From positions 36,507-100,506 of the IMG/VR virus record IMGVR_UViG_3300046513_000134: a DNA stretch of 64,000 nucleotides; one strand, given 5' to 3'. The notes beneath the pieces were generated by a model, which was given only the letters and a program-made list of their open reading frames with translations, was not told the DNA's origin and ran no database searches. Shown in pieces: positions 35,801 to 44,949 of the stretch. Within the stretch, counting starts at the first letter, position 1; each line of letters starts with the position of its first letter. Source of the DNA: a virus. The position numbers and the translations under genes were made by a program.

Positions 35801-37365
35801 AGCCGCATCGCCCCGGCAATGGCCGCGTAAGCTCCACCGATCTTCGCCAAGGTGGCGACGACTGGGCCGAGACGGGTGGTGAGGATGGATGCGGCCGCGC
35901 CGGCCGAGAACAACGACCCTTCCAGCGACCCCAGCACCGTAACGGCCGTGCGGCTGGCCCCGATGAAGCCGACGAAGCCTCGGGACAGGACGGCCCACGT
36001 GCTGGTGAGGAAGGTGGCGGAGCGGGCGATCACCGGGAGGCCAAAGCTGAAGGCGGCCCCGACCAGTCGAATGGTGGCCGCCAGCGGGATGGCAGCGGCA
36101 GCAATGCCTGCGATGGATACGGCGACGGTGCGTGAGGTTGGAGACAGGTCACGGAGCGTTTCCGAGAATGCGTCCATGGCCGCTGATGCCAGTTTCAGGC
36201 CACCCTTGGCGATAGGCGAGAAGGCTTCACCGACATCCTTCTGCAGCAGCATCAGGCTGTCTTGGTAGTTCTTGATGTTGTTGTTCAGCGTATCGTTGAC
36301 CGTATCGTACTCCTGCTGCAGCGCCCGGGCCTGCGGGTTCCCGATCGCCACCTGCTGCCTCATGAGATCGAGCGCCAACTTGCGAGCTTGGTTCTGCTGA
36401 GACAGGGTGCCAAGGACGCGCTGGTTTTCTTCGGCGTAGAGGTTCCACTCCTGCAGGAATTGCTGCATCGATCCGCCGCTGTCGGCAGTGGCCTTCATCA
36501 ACTGCAGGAATTTCTCCAGCGCCTGTGCCGGGTCCTTGTCGATCAGCGCAGCAAAGGCGTCGGCGGTTTCGCCAGTTGCCTCGTTCATGTGGCGCATCGC
36601 CTTGGTGTTGTTGACCGCCGCGTTCTCAAGCTGGTTCAGGGTACGGCCGATGACCGAGCCGAACAGTTCCGGCTTGAACTGCAGCTTCGCACCAGCACCC
36701 GAGATTGCCAGAATGTCCTGATAGGAGAGCTTGAACTTGGAGGTCGCCTGCGCCAACAGCGTGGCGTTGTCGAGGATCGACTGTTCCCCGCCTCGAAGGC
36801 CGCCGAGATTGTTACCCATGGCGGTCAGGATGTCGCCCAGCTTGCCGACCTCGGACATGTCGGAGTTGGTCAACTGCAGGATAGAGGCGACCTGCGAGGC
36901 ACCCTCCTGTCCGTGGACGTTGGTGGCGACGTTCAGCTTGGCCATGGTGGTGGCGAATTGCAGGATGCTCCGCGATCCACGGACACCGAGCTGGACGGCG
37001 GTTGCCGACAGATCCTGTAGTTCGTCGGCGTTGATACCGGAGAGATTGCGGGCGGTCGCGTCCAGCGTCGAGTTGAAGGCGGCCATCTCGCCCTTGGAGG
37101 CGTTGATGACCTTCTGGATGTTGGTGGCCCGGGTCTCGTAGTCGGCGTAGCTCTTGATGACGTCGCCGCCGACCTTGGTGATCAGCGCACCGCCTCCGAA
37201 CGCGATCGTTAGATCCCGCGCGGATTTGGCGAGCCGGTCAAACTTGGTGGCAAGCTGGTCAACGCCCGATCCAGTCTGTCCTGCGTTCTGATTGAACTGT
37301 TGCAAGATACGCGAAGCTTCGTCGCGCATCTTCAGAATGAACTGGATTTCCTGTGGCGTTGCCAT
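32872..37365 (-). CDS. tape measure protein with internal M15 peptidase domain
   Basis: 1497 aa, helical, TP901-like core; SGYR..HGQGLATD...WGG.F...DQMHFD; C-terminal KFHTGG...AVLKQGERV. Confidence 0.9.
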   Translation of the reverse strand: MATPQEIQFILKMRDEASRILQQFNQNAGQTGSGVDQLATKFDRLAKSARDLTIAFGGGALITKVGGDVIKSYADYETRATNIQKVINASKGEMAAFNSTLDATARNLSGINADELQDLSATAVQLGVRGSRSILQFATTMAKLNVATNVHGQEGASQVASILQLTNSDMSEVGKLGDILTAMGNNLGGLRGGEQSILDNATLLAQATSKFKLSYQDILAISGAGAKLQFKPELFGSVIGRTLNQLENAAVNNTKAMRHMNEATGETADAFAALIDKDPAQALEKFLQLMKATADSGGSMQQFLQEWNLYAEENQRVLGTLSQQNQARKLALDLMRQQVAIGNPQARALQQEYDTVNDTLNNNIKNYQDSLMLLQKDVGEAFSPIAKGGLKLASAAMDAFSETLRDLSPTSRTVAVSIAGIAAAAIPLAATIRLVGAAFSFGLPVIARSATFLTSTWAVLSRGFVGFIGASRTAVTVLGSLEGSLFSAGAAASILTTRLGPVVATLAKIGGAYAAIAGAMRLVEGAKGNEKKYTTGFGVQDLIEHGGDKLNSMWKGYDNAASMQFEEAMKNEEARKKKMAQVQRLVDDSNVGGFDLNEGKKFTVPLRLIEEQQNNIEKLDTWTKQKDQINEYRVALDQLAKISSKQEAGRGSAVDSKEQQRLETLFSVAKRLADPYERRVYDLEREQALTGAVTKEQKNQLEINDAILDIKETKGRIDDEEAKRLTAVLQKTQAIRAAAEAANQDYTLTKQMEAARQRSSLGQQQVQIEQAIADLIKEQGISLEDQLSLRQKMTDVANLEAFNQLADTADPVTAAIRSWVDNTRRLKDAYDTGLIPSAEKYAQMQQNLDRQTLSSRDPFGARLKTMREELQVAQFIGQQADIETDIQSDLNALKDQNVAVSKEQEQALRDYITSMYQLKVAQEASLQAWANGLGTWQEQLGHLQMSTADAVSDGLVDGFMDGDWKSAAAGMLKSIAKTYLKNGIDSFMAGIITKTGVGDNGGKDAFANAKKAAGQFGTLGQNALNANVAYVNTTSVVLQGPGIANITGAAPLGAVTRGGALKDLKGDIVSEVLNAGSGEGSLRGVGNFSKAGIQNVDPRLTAILSEAAKRSGMQVEAYSGYRAGDPRFHGQGLATDVRILDQAGKPIGGTNGNYQNPATFRQYELYAQNAKVAQQQMYPELNQQFRWGGYFGGTRGTYGAMDQMHFDLGGSRSAGMAGGSWQNGLNWGQKANFPGAQSMGIGQLQGSLNSLKTQFLGASTAATSAGANVSSFGQNVQQTGPAAQTAGNNVQQMNTKLNSTTPTVAGFGGAVSTSGSAAAGATQGFAGLGQGLGGLFSSIGGSLGGGAGAGLGIFGQLLGFMFHHNGGMAGHGTPGLSFGGSWRSAPKFHTGGGNNMGNDEYRAVLKQGERVLTADDDKRTAKLLKGRSGGSSTVGGVNVGGVNVTVNAGPSTGDKSRDDEHAKNMGKQVGNAVDQHMTEWVLNQMRPGGLFSTAAKR

Positions 37366-37763
37366 TACCGCTTCCGTCCCTTTTGTTTGCGGAGTTCCCG
37401 ACGTTCGAGTTCCGCGTCACAGTCCTGATTTTCGTTCTCGACCACCCTGAGCAGGGCCATCATCTGATTTGATTGACTGGCGACCGATCCTTCGTCTGGG
37501 AGGTGGCCTTTCTTAAACAAATCGTAAAAGAACAGGATGCGGGACCATTCCTCGGGGTTCTCTCGGATCGTCGCCCGGGGGCATCCCCAATGCGCTTCTC
37601 CTTGGACCGCGAGGGGCTGGGCGGCTTTGCTAGTCCAAACCGCCTCGCCTTCGTCATTCACCACCAGCTTGGCGGTGCATCCGTATTTGACTTGGTGGGT
37701 GCACTTGCTGCATTCGCGATCCGGCAGAAGCCGAATGGCGGCTACACCCAGTCTTAGTTTTTT
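37365..37763 (-). CDS. tail assembly chaperone gpT segment (expressed via -1 frameshift)
   Basis: The -1 frame is open from the slippery site (KLRLGVAAIRLLPDRECSKC...) into ORF 37365..37664. Confidence 0.8.
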   Translation of the reverse strand, partial: KKLRLGVAAIRLLPDRECSKCTHQVKYGCTAKLVVNDEGEAVWTSKAAQPLAVQGEAHWGCPRATIRENPEEWSRILFFYDLFKKGHLPDEGSVASQSNQMMALLRVVENENQDCDAELERRELRKQKGRKR

Positions 37764-38242
37764 TCGTCTTCCCTCTTCAGGGTCGAGGCTTCCTTGATCT
37801 GATGCGCGAGTTCCGCCAGCGATCCGGCGTCGAGCTTGATGATCACTTCGTCGGGGAGGGCGTCGTATTCGCGGCCGTTGACCATGCGCTTGACGAATTT
37901 GATCGGCACCTGTGTCACGCCATCGGCTTCGAAGAAGTTGCTGATCGCGGTGATGCCAAAGCGGACGGCGTCAATGTTGGTCTCGTTGAGGCGGGTCTTC
38001 ATGTCGGTCGAGCCGTCACCAGACTGCGACAGGATCGAAGCGCGGTCATAGATGTAGCCCATCAGGAAGACGTCGAGCGGCTTGTAGGAGAATACCGTGG
38101 CATCGGCGTCGATGACGACGTCGGTCTTGGAGCCCTTGGACGCGTCGTCCGGGTCAACCGGCGAGGTCACGGACCTACGGCTCGGATCGTTGAAAAGAAC
38201 ATGGGTGAGAACCGTGCTGAGCACGAGGGCTTTAATCGCCAT
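37754..38242 (-). CDS. tail assembly chaperone gpG-like
   Basis: Position and slippery 3' end. Confidence 0.75.
   Translation of the reverse strand: MAIKALVLSTVLTHVLFNDPSRRSVTSPVDPDDASKGSKTDVVIDADATVFSYKPLDVFLMGYIYDRASILSQSGDGSTDMKTRLNETNIDAVRFGITAISNFFEADGVTQVPIKFVKRMVNGREYDALPDEVIIKLDAGSLAELAHQIKEASTLKREDEKN
37757..37763 (-). other. programmed -1 frameshift slippery site A AAA AAC
   Basis: GAA AAA AAC TAA at the end of the chaperone gene, upstream of the tape measure. Confidence 0.8.
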
Positions 38243-38306
38243 ATCTGCCTCCTTGGCCGTTGGCTATGTGTTTGCATAGTCAGGATTGGCCGAAGTCGGC
38301 GGTCAG

Positions 38307-38320
38307 TGCAATATGTTGCA
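38307..38320. repeat. TGCAA-N4-TTGCA site
   Basis: TGCAATATGTTGCA, intergenic. Confidence 0.9.
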
Positions 38321-38332
38321 GCGACGCTGGTT

Positions 38333-38518
38333 TCAGATGCGAACCATGGGGGATTTGGTGAGGCGCTTGTCAGCGAAGAAGCCAATGACCTTGGCGGGGG
38401 CGTTAGCCTTGGCGATCTCTTGGGCGGCAGCCAATGTCAGCTTCGCGTCGATCACCTCGCCGGGATTTCCCTGACGATCGAATTTCTGAATAACGTAGAC
38501 TTTTGTCTCGAACGCCAT
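38333..38518 (-). CDS. small hypothetical protein
   Basis: MAFETKVYV... Confidence 0.55.
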   Translation of the reverse strand: MAFETKVYVIQKFDRQGNPGEVIDAKLTLAAAQEIAKANAPAKVIGFFADKRLTKSPMVRI

Positions 38519-38519
38519 G

Positions 38520-39116
38520 TCATGGCCCTGATTTACCAAAGATTGCTTCTTCTGGGGACCATCCTCTTTTCAGTCTTTTTGTCAACAACTGTGGTTTTAT
38601 CCCGGCCCGCCTTGCCCATCCGGCTTGGGTGTCAGTGACCCCGTTCAGGGTGATATGCTTGGCTTGTCTGGTATTGGACGCCTGTTCGGTCGGCGTGGCC
38701 CAATAGCAGTTGCCCTTGGTGTAGTTGCCGTCGTTGTCCCTACGTTCAAGGCTGGTGCCCTTGGGGCGGTCCCCCATGTCCTCGTAGAAGCCTTCGAACG
38801 TCATCCACTTCGGGCAGACGGTAATCCCGCGCTCTCCGTGGCTCTCGTAGCGTGAGTTGTTTGGGTTTAGGCACCTGCCCTTCATTGAGTTCCATGAAAC
38901 GTATGCCCGCGTACCTGTCATGCCGTGAGAGGTGTTTCCTCCTATCGCATACCGGGTACACCCACAGGACTGTGTTGCCCCCTTTACCAGAGCGGTCGCC
39001 GTGACCCATTTCTCGTTCCCGCAGTCACACTTTACTTTCCAGCTACTGTTTATTCGTTCGTTGCTGACCGTAAGAAGACCGAACCGTTTTCCCGCAATGT
39101 TATGTGCTTTAGGCAT
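38520..39116 (-). mobile_element. free-standing HNH homing endonuclease
   Basis: CDCG, SCGC, W.SMKGRC, GITVC.KW..F..F..DMG, LERRDNDGNY..GNC.WAT; lower-GC 5' part; inserted in the tail operon. Confidence 0.85.
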
Positions 39117-39117
39117 A

Positions 39118-39175
39118 AGAAAAGCCCTCCTGTTTCCAAGAGGGCTTTCTAGCAGGGTTAGTTAAAGAATGTCAA
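39118..39175 (-). promoter_or_regulatory. promoter plus hairpin occluding the HNH SD (also terminator-like)
   Basis: TTGACA-N18-TAGAAA; stem AAAGCCCTC/GAGGGCTTT covers AGGAGG and is followed by TCTT-ATG. Confidence 0.65.
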
Positions 39176-39198
39176 CAGTTAAATGTTGGTAGTCTTCC

Positions 39199-40437
39199 TT
39201 AGCCAAAAAAGATGAGCACCTCATCGTCACCTGCCGCCGAGGAGATACGCAGGCCAGCATCGTAGTTCAGGATGTTGTTACGATCCTGATACGTGAGGCC
39301 CGAATACTGTACCTGCGGGTGGATCAGGTTGACGATGTTGCCGACGACCGTACCGCAGCGCATGACGAATGGCATACGGGTGGCGGCCGAGAGCTTGCCC
39401 CAGAAGTCATGGCTTGCGACCAGATCGGCTTCAGGGTCGATCCCGCCTTCCGGCTTGCGGTCAACCAGTCGAAGACCGATGTAACCGTTGGCGGACGACA
39501 CGTCAGGACGCGGCTGGATGTCGTTGGCGATATCGAGCGTGTACTTCGAGACGATGGCATTGAAGTCATCGATACGAAGCTGCGCCAATTCGACCATCGC
39601 CGGCAGCGTCTGTTCGTAGGACAGGTTGGTCGGCACTGCGACGTCGGTCGGGGCCACGTAGATCCCTTGGAAGTCGAAGTTGATCTTGGCGTACTGCCCA
39701 GCTTCAGCTTCGATGTCGAAGGTACCGATTGCGCCCGGCATCTGGTGCTGCACGCCCGACTTGTTCATCACGAGCGTGACGCTCTCGAAGGCCGAGGAGA
39801 TCGGGTTGAGCATGATGCCCTTCGGGAACACGAAGACCACCCATTCCTGACCAGCGACGAGCGAGCCAGTGAAGGAGATGGTCGCCGTAGCGCCCTTGGT
39901 GCCGAGGGTCTTCGGGGTGCCCGAGGTGAAGATCGCCGCAGCCATTGCTTCGCCCGGCGTGTCGGAGAACACCTGAACGGTTGCCGTGGCCGAAGCACCG
40001 GGGGTGATGACCCTGAGCACGTACATGATTGCCGTGGTGTTGGTAGCCGAAGCCGCCGATACCAACATGGACGATGCTTGGTTGGCGTGGTCACCGACTT
40101 GGAAGATCTTCGCGGTCGGTGTTGCCGATGCCGTGATGGCGAAGCCGCAGGCACGGAACAGGCGCGAGATGATCGGCGCGTCTGCAAGGATGCCAGTGTT
40201 CTTGCCGTTAGAGCGAAGTTCGAGCGAGAACTTCATGCGAGCAATCTTACGACCGTTGATGATGGCGGTCGGAGAGATCGATGCACGGACGAAGTTACGT
40301 TCGAGAGTGGTCAGGTCCACGGAAAAGTCAGGGTCCTCGCAGAGGATGCTGTCTGACGATACCGGGGTGACGGCCGTGCCGTAGGTGGTTTCCATAGCCA
40401 CCTGCAGCGTTGCCGAAGTTTTAACCAGAACTGCCAT
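39199..40437 (-). CDS. major tail tube protein
   Basis: ETTYGTAVTP, LFRACG; position before chaperones and tape measure. Confidence 0.8.
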   Translation of the reverse strand: MAVLVKTSATLQVAMETTYGTAVTPVSSDSILCEDPDFSVDLTTLERNFVRASISPTAIINGRKIARMKFSLELRSNGKNTGILADAPIISRLFRACGFAITASATPTAKIFQVGDHANQASSMLVSAASATNTTAIMYVLRVITPGASATATVQVFSDTPGEAMAAAIFTSGTPKTLGTKGATATISFTGSLVAGQEWVVFVFPKGIMLNPISSAFESVTLVMNKSGVQHQMPGAIGTFDIEAEAGQYAKINFDFQGIYVAPTDVAVPTNLSYEQTLPAMVELAQLRIDDFNAIVSKYTLDIANDIQPRPDVSSANGYIGLRLVDRKPEGGIDPEADLVASHDFWGKLSAATRMPFVMRCGTVVGNIVNLIHPQVQYSGLTYQDRNNILNYDAGLRISSAAGDDEVLIFFG

Positions 40438-40473
40438 TGTTGTCTCCTATTGCCTCGTTGCCCCGGGAGCCGA

Positions 40474-41226
40474 TTACTTGGCTGCGATTGCGACGAGAGG
40501 CAGCGTTGCGTTGGCGTCTGCCGTCATTGCGTTGAGCTTCGCCGCCATGGAGGCGATGGAAGCGCGCAGAACGGTCAGGCGAGCCGTAGCTTCGGTTGCC
40601 AGTACGATCGCGTTGGCACCAGCGTCAGCTCCCGAAGCCGCCGTACCCGTGTCAGCCGGGAGGGCTGCGAACGTGGTGCCGTAGGTCTTGGAGCCCGAGA
40701 CAGTGCTGTCGGTCAGAGGCGTGATGCCTGCAGCGTAGCAAAGCTCGTTGACGAAGTAGGCGGCCTGTGCCGTACGGGCAGCGAGCGCTGCGAGATAGGC
40801 GTTAGACCCTGCTGCTTGTGCCATGGAAGTGCTCACGCCCGTGATGGCGACGGTTACGGCGTCGATGGTGCCGTTTGCGCCTGTGCCACCAAGGCTGTCT
40901 GTCAGTGCCGAGAACGCCGGAACCTTCGCGCGGATCACGTTGACCTGCGAGACGATTTCCTTAATTGCGTCACGGACTGTCCCATAGGCTGCTTCCAGTG
41001 CCGCCTTCTGAGCAGCATTGGCGCCTGACACGGCAGCCGGAGTGAAAGCGGCAACGTTGGCAAGAGTGCCAGTTGCTGCGCCACCCGAAGTGTCGGTCAC
41101 GTCTGCCAGCGCAGCCGCAATCATGAGTGCGTCTCGCTGGGCCATGCCTCGAAGTATCGAAGCAAGGGTGCCATCGAAAACACGGCCGGAACCGTTAAAG
41201 CTTTTCGATCCAATCTTTACAGGCAT
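40474..41226 (-). CDS. Ala-rich structural protein
   Basis: Internal repeat (TDTSGGAA / LTDSLGGTG / LTDSTVSG). Confidence 0.6.
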   Translation of the reverse strand: MPVKIGSKSFNGSGRVFDGTLASILRGMAQRDALMIAAALADVTDTSGGAATGTLANVAAFTPAAVSGANAAQKAALEAAYGTVRDAIKEIVSQVNVIRAKVPAFSALTDSLGGTGANGTIDAVTVAITGVSTSMAQAAGSNAYLAALAARTAQAAYFVNELCYAAGITPLTDSTVSGSKTYGTTFAALPADTGTAASGADAGANAIVLATEATARLTVLRASIASMAAKLNAMTADANATLPLVAIAAK

Positions 41227-41256
41227 TGGGGCATCCTTTCGTGAAGCCGTTTCTGG

Positions 41257-41448
41257 TTATTCAGCCTTGCTGAGTTCACCATTTTCATTGATCTGGAAGG
41301 CACCACCGGACGTGGGTAACTGAAGGCCATGGGAGGAGGAGATGGCTTCAGTCACAGTCTGGGAGGAGGAGACGGCTGCCTCGTCCGATGTTGCCTCTGC
41401 GTCGGTTGTCACGGTCTTTGCCGGAATTTTCAAGCTAGTCTTTGCCAT
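41257..41448 (-). CDS. small hypothetical protein
   Basis: MAKTSLK...PTSGGAF; GGAG SD. Confidence 0.55.
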   Translation of the reverse strand: MAKTSLKIPAKTVTTDAEATSDEAAVSSSQTVTEAISSSHGLQLPTSGGAFQINENGELSKAE

Positions 41449-41464
41449 GTGGTATGCTCCTGTA

Positions 41465-41944
41465 TCAGGCACGGGGATCGTGCGCGCTGTGCCGGTACTG
41501 CACGATGAAGTCCAAGGTCCCGGCTACGGCCTTGTCTCCGAAGGTCTCCAAGTCGATCCCGTTGCCCACTTCACTGACGTTGAAAACCAGATCCGGGAGG
41601 CCGAGGGTCAGGTCGGAGAGGCAGGTGCGCTGGCAGATGGTCAGCAGCATCTCCGCGAAGATCGCCGGCTCCGGGTCGGCCTTCTGCTTGACGCCCTTGA
41701 ATTCAATGGTGATCGGCAGGGTGACGTCCTTGAACGGGTACAGGTCTTTCTTGACCTCGTCCCCGGCGATGATCCCCACGGTGAAATGCTTGTTGAAGTC
41801 CACCATCGACAGCGGGCCGATGCCGACGCCGTCCTTGCTAGGCTTATACGGAAAAGGATCGGCGGCCGCCTCGTTGATGTCGATCGCGCAGAACAGGGAC
41901 TTGAGCTGTTCCAGAATGATCTGGCGTTTGGATTTCGTGGTCAT
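41465..41944 (-). CDS. tail terminator-like protein
   Basis: SKRQIILE, DLTLG, VQYRH...DP. Confidence 0.6.
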   Translation of the reverse strand: MTTKSKRQIILEQLKSLFCAIDINEAAADPFPYKPSKDGVGIGPLSMVDFNKHFTVGIIAGDEVKKDLYPFKDVTLPITIEFKGVKQKADPEPAIFAEMLLTICQRTCLSDLTLGLPDLVFNVSEVGNGIDLETFGDKAVAGTLDFIVQYRHSAHDPRA

Positions 41945-41954
41945 CTGCCCCTCG

Positions 41955-41968
41955 TGCAATTTGTTGCA
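41955..41968. repeat. TGCAA-N4-TTGCA site
   Basis: TGCAATTTGTTGCA, intergenic. Confidence 0.9.
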
Positions 41969-41970
41969 AT

Positions 41971-42600
41971 CTATTTGAACGCTCTGGCAATCTCGTCAGC
42001 CATGCGCTCCGAGAAGCGTGGGATGGCTCTCTGCAGCATGGCCCCTGCGCCGAGGCGTGGCTTGACGGTGACGGTATCCTTCAGCACGTACAGCGGAATG
42101 ATCCGGTTGCCACGACGCTGGAAGATGATCAGGTTCCCGGCCCGGCTGGTGGCGACGAAGGTGTTCTTCCATGCCCGGGCGTTGGGCTTCAGTGGCACGC
42201 CGTTCGGGGACAGGGCACCCGGCAGCGGGATGGTCAGCAGCCGTCCCCCGGCTTTCTTGGTGTAGCCGTATTCGTGGTAGGCCAGCGGGAAGGGGATGTT
42301 CAGGGTGGCGCGCATGGTGTCGAGCCGGTTGCCGGTGACCTTGATCCCCTTGCGCAGGGCATCCATCGAGCGGCCGCTGCGCCGCGACAGGGTGGTCGCC
42401 GTGGTGCCGCCCGGGTAACCCCCGGAATGCTTGGCGATCAGCAGCTCGACCACCTCGGTCAGGTGCGCCACCATGTCAGGCTTGACCTGCTTGACCGTCT
42501 GGTTGTAGCCGTCCTCGACATAGGCCCTATACGCCTCAAGTCCCCGCTTGGGGGACCTGTAGTCTCGACCTCGGAATTTGACGGTAAGCGATAGATCCAT
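41971..42600 (-). CDS. neck / tail completion protein
   Basis: L..RSG..., HEYG, LYVLKD.V.VKPR. Confidence 0.6.
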   Translation of the reverse strand: MDLSLTVKFRGRDYRSPKRGLEAYRAYVEDGYNQTVKQVKPDMVAHLTEVVELLIAKHSGGYPGGTTATTLSRRSGRSMDALRKGIKVTGNRLDTMRATLNIPFPLAYHEYGYTKKAGGRLLTIPLPGALSPNGVPLKPNARAWKNTFVATSRAGNLIIFQRRGNRIIPLYVLKDTVTVKPRLGAGAMLQRAIPRFSERMADEIARAFK

Positions 42601-43209
42601 TTAGATCGCTAGGACGGCACCCGGAGCATATCGGACACGGCGCGAGAGGATGGCTTCGCATTGCTTGGCCAGCATCTTGGTGTCCTGCTTCGTGCCTGCC
42701 TTCTCCTGTGCTGGGACGTTTTCCATGGTGACAAGGGCGAGGAGCTTGCAGCACTCCTTCAGCCATGCCGGCACTTGGCTCTGCTTGTAGAGGAGGGGGT
42801 CGGCCCCTTCGACGTCGAAACCTGCTTGATAGGACAGTCGGAGGAATTGGAACTGGAGGTCCGCCGCTGTCTCGGTCACGACCCCAGCCTCGGCGTCCAC
42901 GACCAATGACAGTCCAGTGACTTCCTCGTCGGTCCCGAAGGCCGCGAGCGTCGGAGCGAACGACCCCGTCACGTTGCCTTGGATAAATCCTCGGCTCAGT
43001 TTGAATTTGGTGAAGAAGGCTGATCCCTGCCACACACCTCCTGCTACGTCGAGAAACGTATCGACGGTCGTCGCCTTGTCGAAGAGGGTATCGAGGCGGG
43101 CTTCGATCACAGCAGTCGCGATTGAGATAGCCGAAGTGGCGGCCATCGCTGCATCGCTTAGGTCAGTTCCAAGATGTTCCGTGATGGCTGTAGCAGGGAT
43201 CAGTTTCAT
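42601..43209 (-). CDS. head-tail adaptor
   Basis: Y.AGF...VPAWLKE; position after the capsid gene. Confidence 0.65.
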   Translation of the reverse strand: MKLIPATAITEHLGTDLSDAAMAATSAISIATAVIEARLDTLFDKATTVDTFLDVAGGVWQGSAFFTKFKLSRGFIQGNVTGSFAPTLAAFGTDEEVTGLSLVVDAEAGVVTETAADLQFQFLRLSYQAGFDVEGADPLLYKQSQVPAWLKECCKLLALVTMENVPAQEKAGTKQDTKMLAKQCEAILSRRVRYAPGAVLAI

Positions 43210-43215
43210 GAACGT

Positions 43216-43830
43216 TTAGACCTGTTCCGCGCCTTCGGTGGTAGCGTCCTTGACGGCTGCCGCCTTCTTGGCTTTGCTGGAGAGTTTCAGGGAGCCCTTG
43301 GGGGCGCTCTGAGGAGCGGGTTGTTCCTTCGGCGGTGTCAGGTCCTCGGCAGCGAGTTTCGTGTCTCCTGCGTCTTCCTTGGCCGGTTCTGCGTGGGTCT
43401 CTTCCTTCTTCTCCGGTGCGGAGTAAGGAATACCCTCAAGCGCTTCGGTGGAATGCAGTTTGACGGCGGTGTCGCGATCCGTGGAGGATACCTGCCATCC
43501 GAGCATCGACGTCAGATACCGAGCGTCGAGTTTGCCAGTCGAAGTGTAAGCGTCCTCGGCGTCTACCGGGATCGCATCGATCGCGCCAATGATGTAGCGC
43601 AGCCGGGTCTGCTTGTCCTTGGGAACGCCGTTGGCGTCAAGCTCGCCTTCCACGTCGGCAGCGACAGCGGCTGCTTCACGCTCGCCGGGATCGAAGACGA
43701 CCTCGAAGCGGGGATCGACCAGCATGTCGTCGCTGATCAGGAAGGCGGAGATGTTCGCGTTAAGACCGCGCACTAAATGCAGGTCGCCCCTATGGAAGGA
43801 GCCAAGCTTGGGAAGGTTGATCGTCGCCAT
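43216..43830 (-). CDS. head accessory protein (Mu gp35-like helical motif)
   Basis: YTSTGK...L...LGWQVSSTDRD.A. Confidence 0.5.
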   Translation of the reverse strand: MATINLPKLGSFHRGDLHLVRGLNANISAFLISDDMLVDPRFEVVFDPGEREAAAVAADVEGELDANGVPKDKQTRLRYIIGAIDAIPVDAEDAYTSTGKLDARYLTSMLGWQVSSTDRDTAVKLHSTEALEGIPYSAPEKKEETHAEPAKEDAGDTKLAAEDLTPPKEQPAPQSAPKGSLKLSSKAKKAAAVKDATTEGAEQV

Positions 43831-43862
43831 CGGGCGTCTCCTCTAAAACTGATTGAAGGATG

Positions 43863-43891
43863 AAAAAAGGGGAAAGCCGAAGCTCTCCCCC
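43863..43891 (-). terminator. terminator after the capsid gene
   Basis: GGGGAGAGC-TTCG-GCTTTCCCC-T6. Confidence 0.85.
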
Positions 43892-43917
43892 TCGGTTTGG
43901 CACTGGGAGCCGAAACC

Positions 43918-44889
43918 TTATGCTGCGATGTTCTGGAAGTAGACGACTGCATCGTCTTCTTCGACTTGGCAATCGACGCGGGCGGTGAGCACGATCTTGT
44001 AGACGCGTGCTTCGATGTCCTTGTCGAATTCCATCGACACCTGACGCTGGATACCGAAGATCAGGTTCAGCGGGTTGGTGTAGAGGCCCTTGTCGCCCGG
44101 CATGTACTGGATGCCTTCAACCTTGGAGGCGTAGGCGTAAGCCGGAGCGTTGCCGCTCGTGTAGCTGTCGCCCATGGCCGTGCCACGGTTGGCGAGGGTG
44201 TCGCGGTACTCGATCTCGTTGTTGAGCGAGATGAAGTGCTTCATCTGCGGGATGTTCTTCTGGTACTGGACCGGAAGAGCCTTCATGCCGCCCTTGAAGA
44301 GTTCCTTGGCAACGGTGGAGTTGCCGGCGTCGAAGACGTTGCCGCCCGTAGCTGCGCGCTTCAGGTAGCCTTCCCAGAGGCGGATGTAGGCCTGATCGTC
44401 AGCGTCGCCGCCGTTGACGTAGGTGCTGTCACCGAGCAACAGACCTTCTTCGAGGTCGGATGCCGCACGCTCAGCGATCAGTTCGATGATCGTCTGGCGG
44501 AAAGCAGCCGGGCCGTCATTGGCATTTTCGTTGTTGGCCGAGACAGCGCGTTCGATGTTGTCTTCGATGACGTCGTACGGAAGGTAGACGACAGCGATGA
44601 CTTCCTTGGTGTTGAGCTGGATCTGCTCGGTCGAAGGCTTGGAGCGCTGGCTGGAGCCCGGAGCCGTTGCAGAAACAGCCGCGCGCAGAATGCGGGAAGC
44701 GAACTGGATCTTGTTGATCTTGCGGGTCGGAGCATTCATCTCGACCGTGCGGACCTGTGGCAGCAGCGTGGACTGCTTGATCAGCTTGCGGATGAAGGTT
44801 GCGCCCTGTTCGGGGAGAAGTACACCGCCGTTCGAGGACAGGTCCGCGATCGTCAGGTCGGCTTTCTGAAGGAGGGATACGTTATCCAT
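43918..44889 (-). CDS. major capsid protein (HK97 fold, XkdG-like)
   Basis: GGVLLPEQ, DVIEDNIE, TNPLNLIFGI, R.D..VEE.DA. Confidence 0.9.
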   Translation of the reverse strand: MDNVSLLQKADLTIADLSSNGGVLLPEQGATFIRKLIKQSTLLPQVRTVEMNAPTRKINKIQFASRILRAAVSATAPGSSQRSKPSTEQIQLNTKEVIAVVYLPYDVIEDNIERAVSANNENANDGPAAFRQTIIELIAERAASDLEEGLLLGDSTYVNGGDADDQAYIRLWEGYLKRAATGGNVFDAGNSTVAKELFKGGMKALPVQYQKNIPQMKHFISLNNEIEYRDTLANRGTAMGDSYTSGNAPAYAYASKVEGIQYMPGDKGLYTNPLNLIFGIQRQVSMEFDKDIEARVYKIVLTARVDCQVEEDDAVVYFQNIAA

Positions 44890-44949
44890 GTTTTCCTCTT
44901 ACTTTATCTGTTTGCTGCGAGGGTTGGTCTTAGTGATGGCTTCCGCCGC

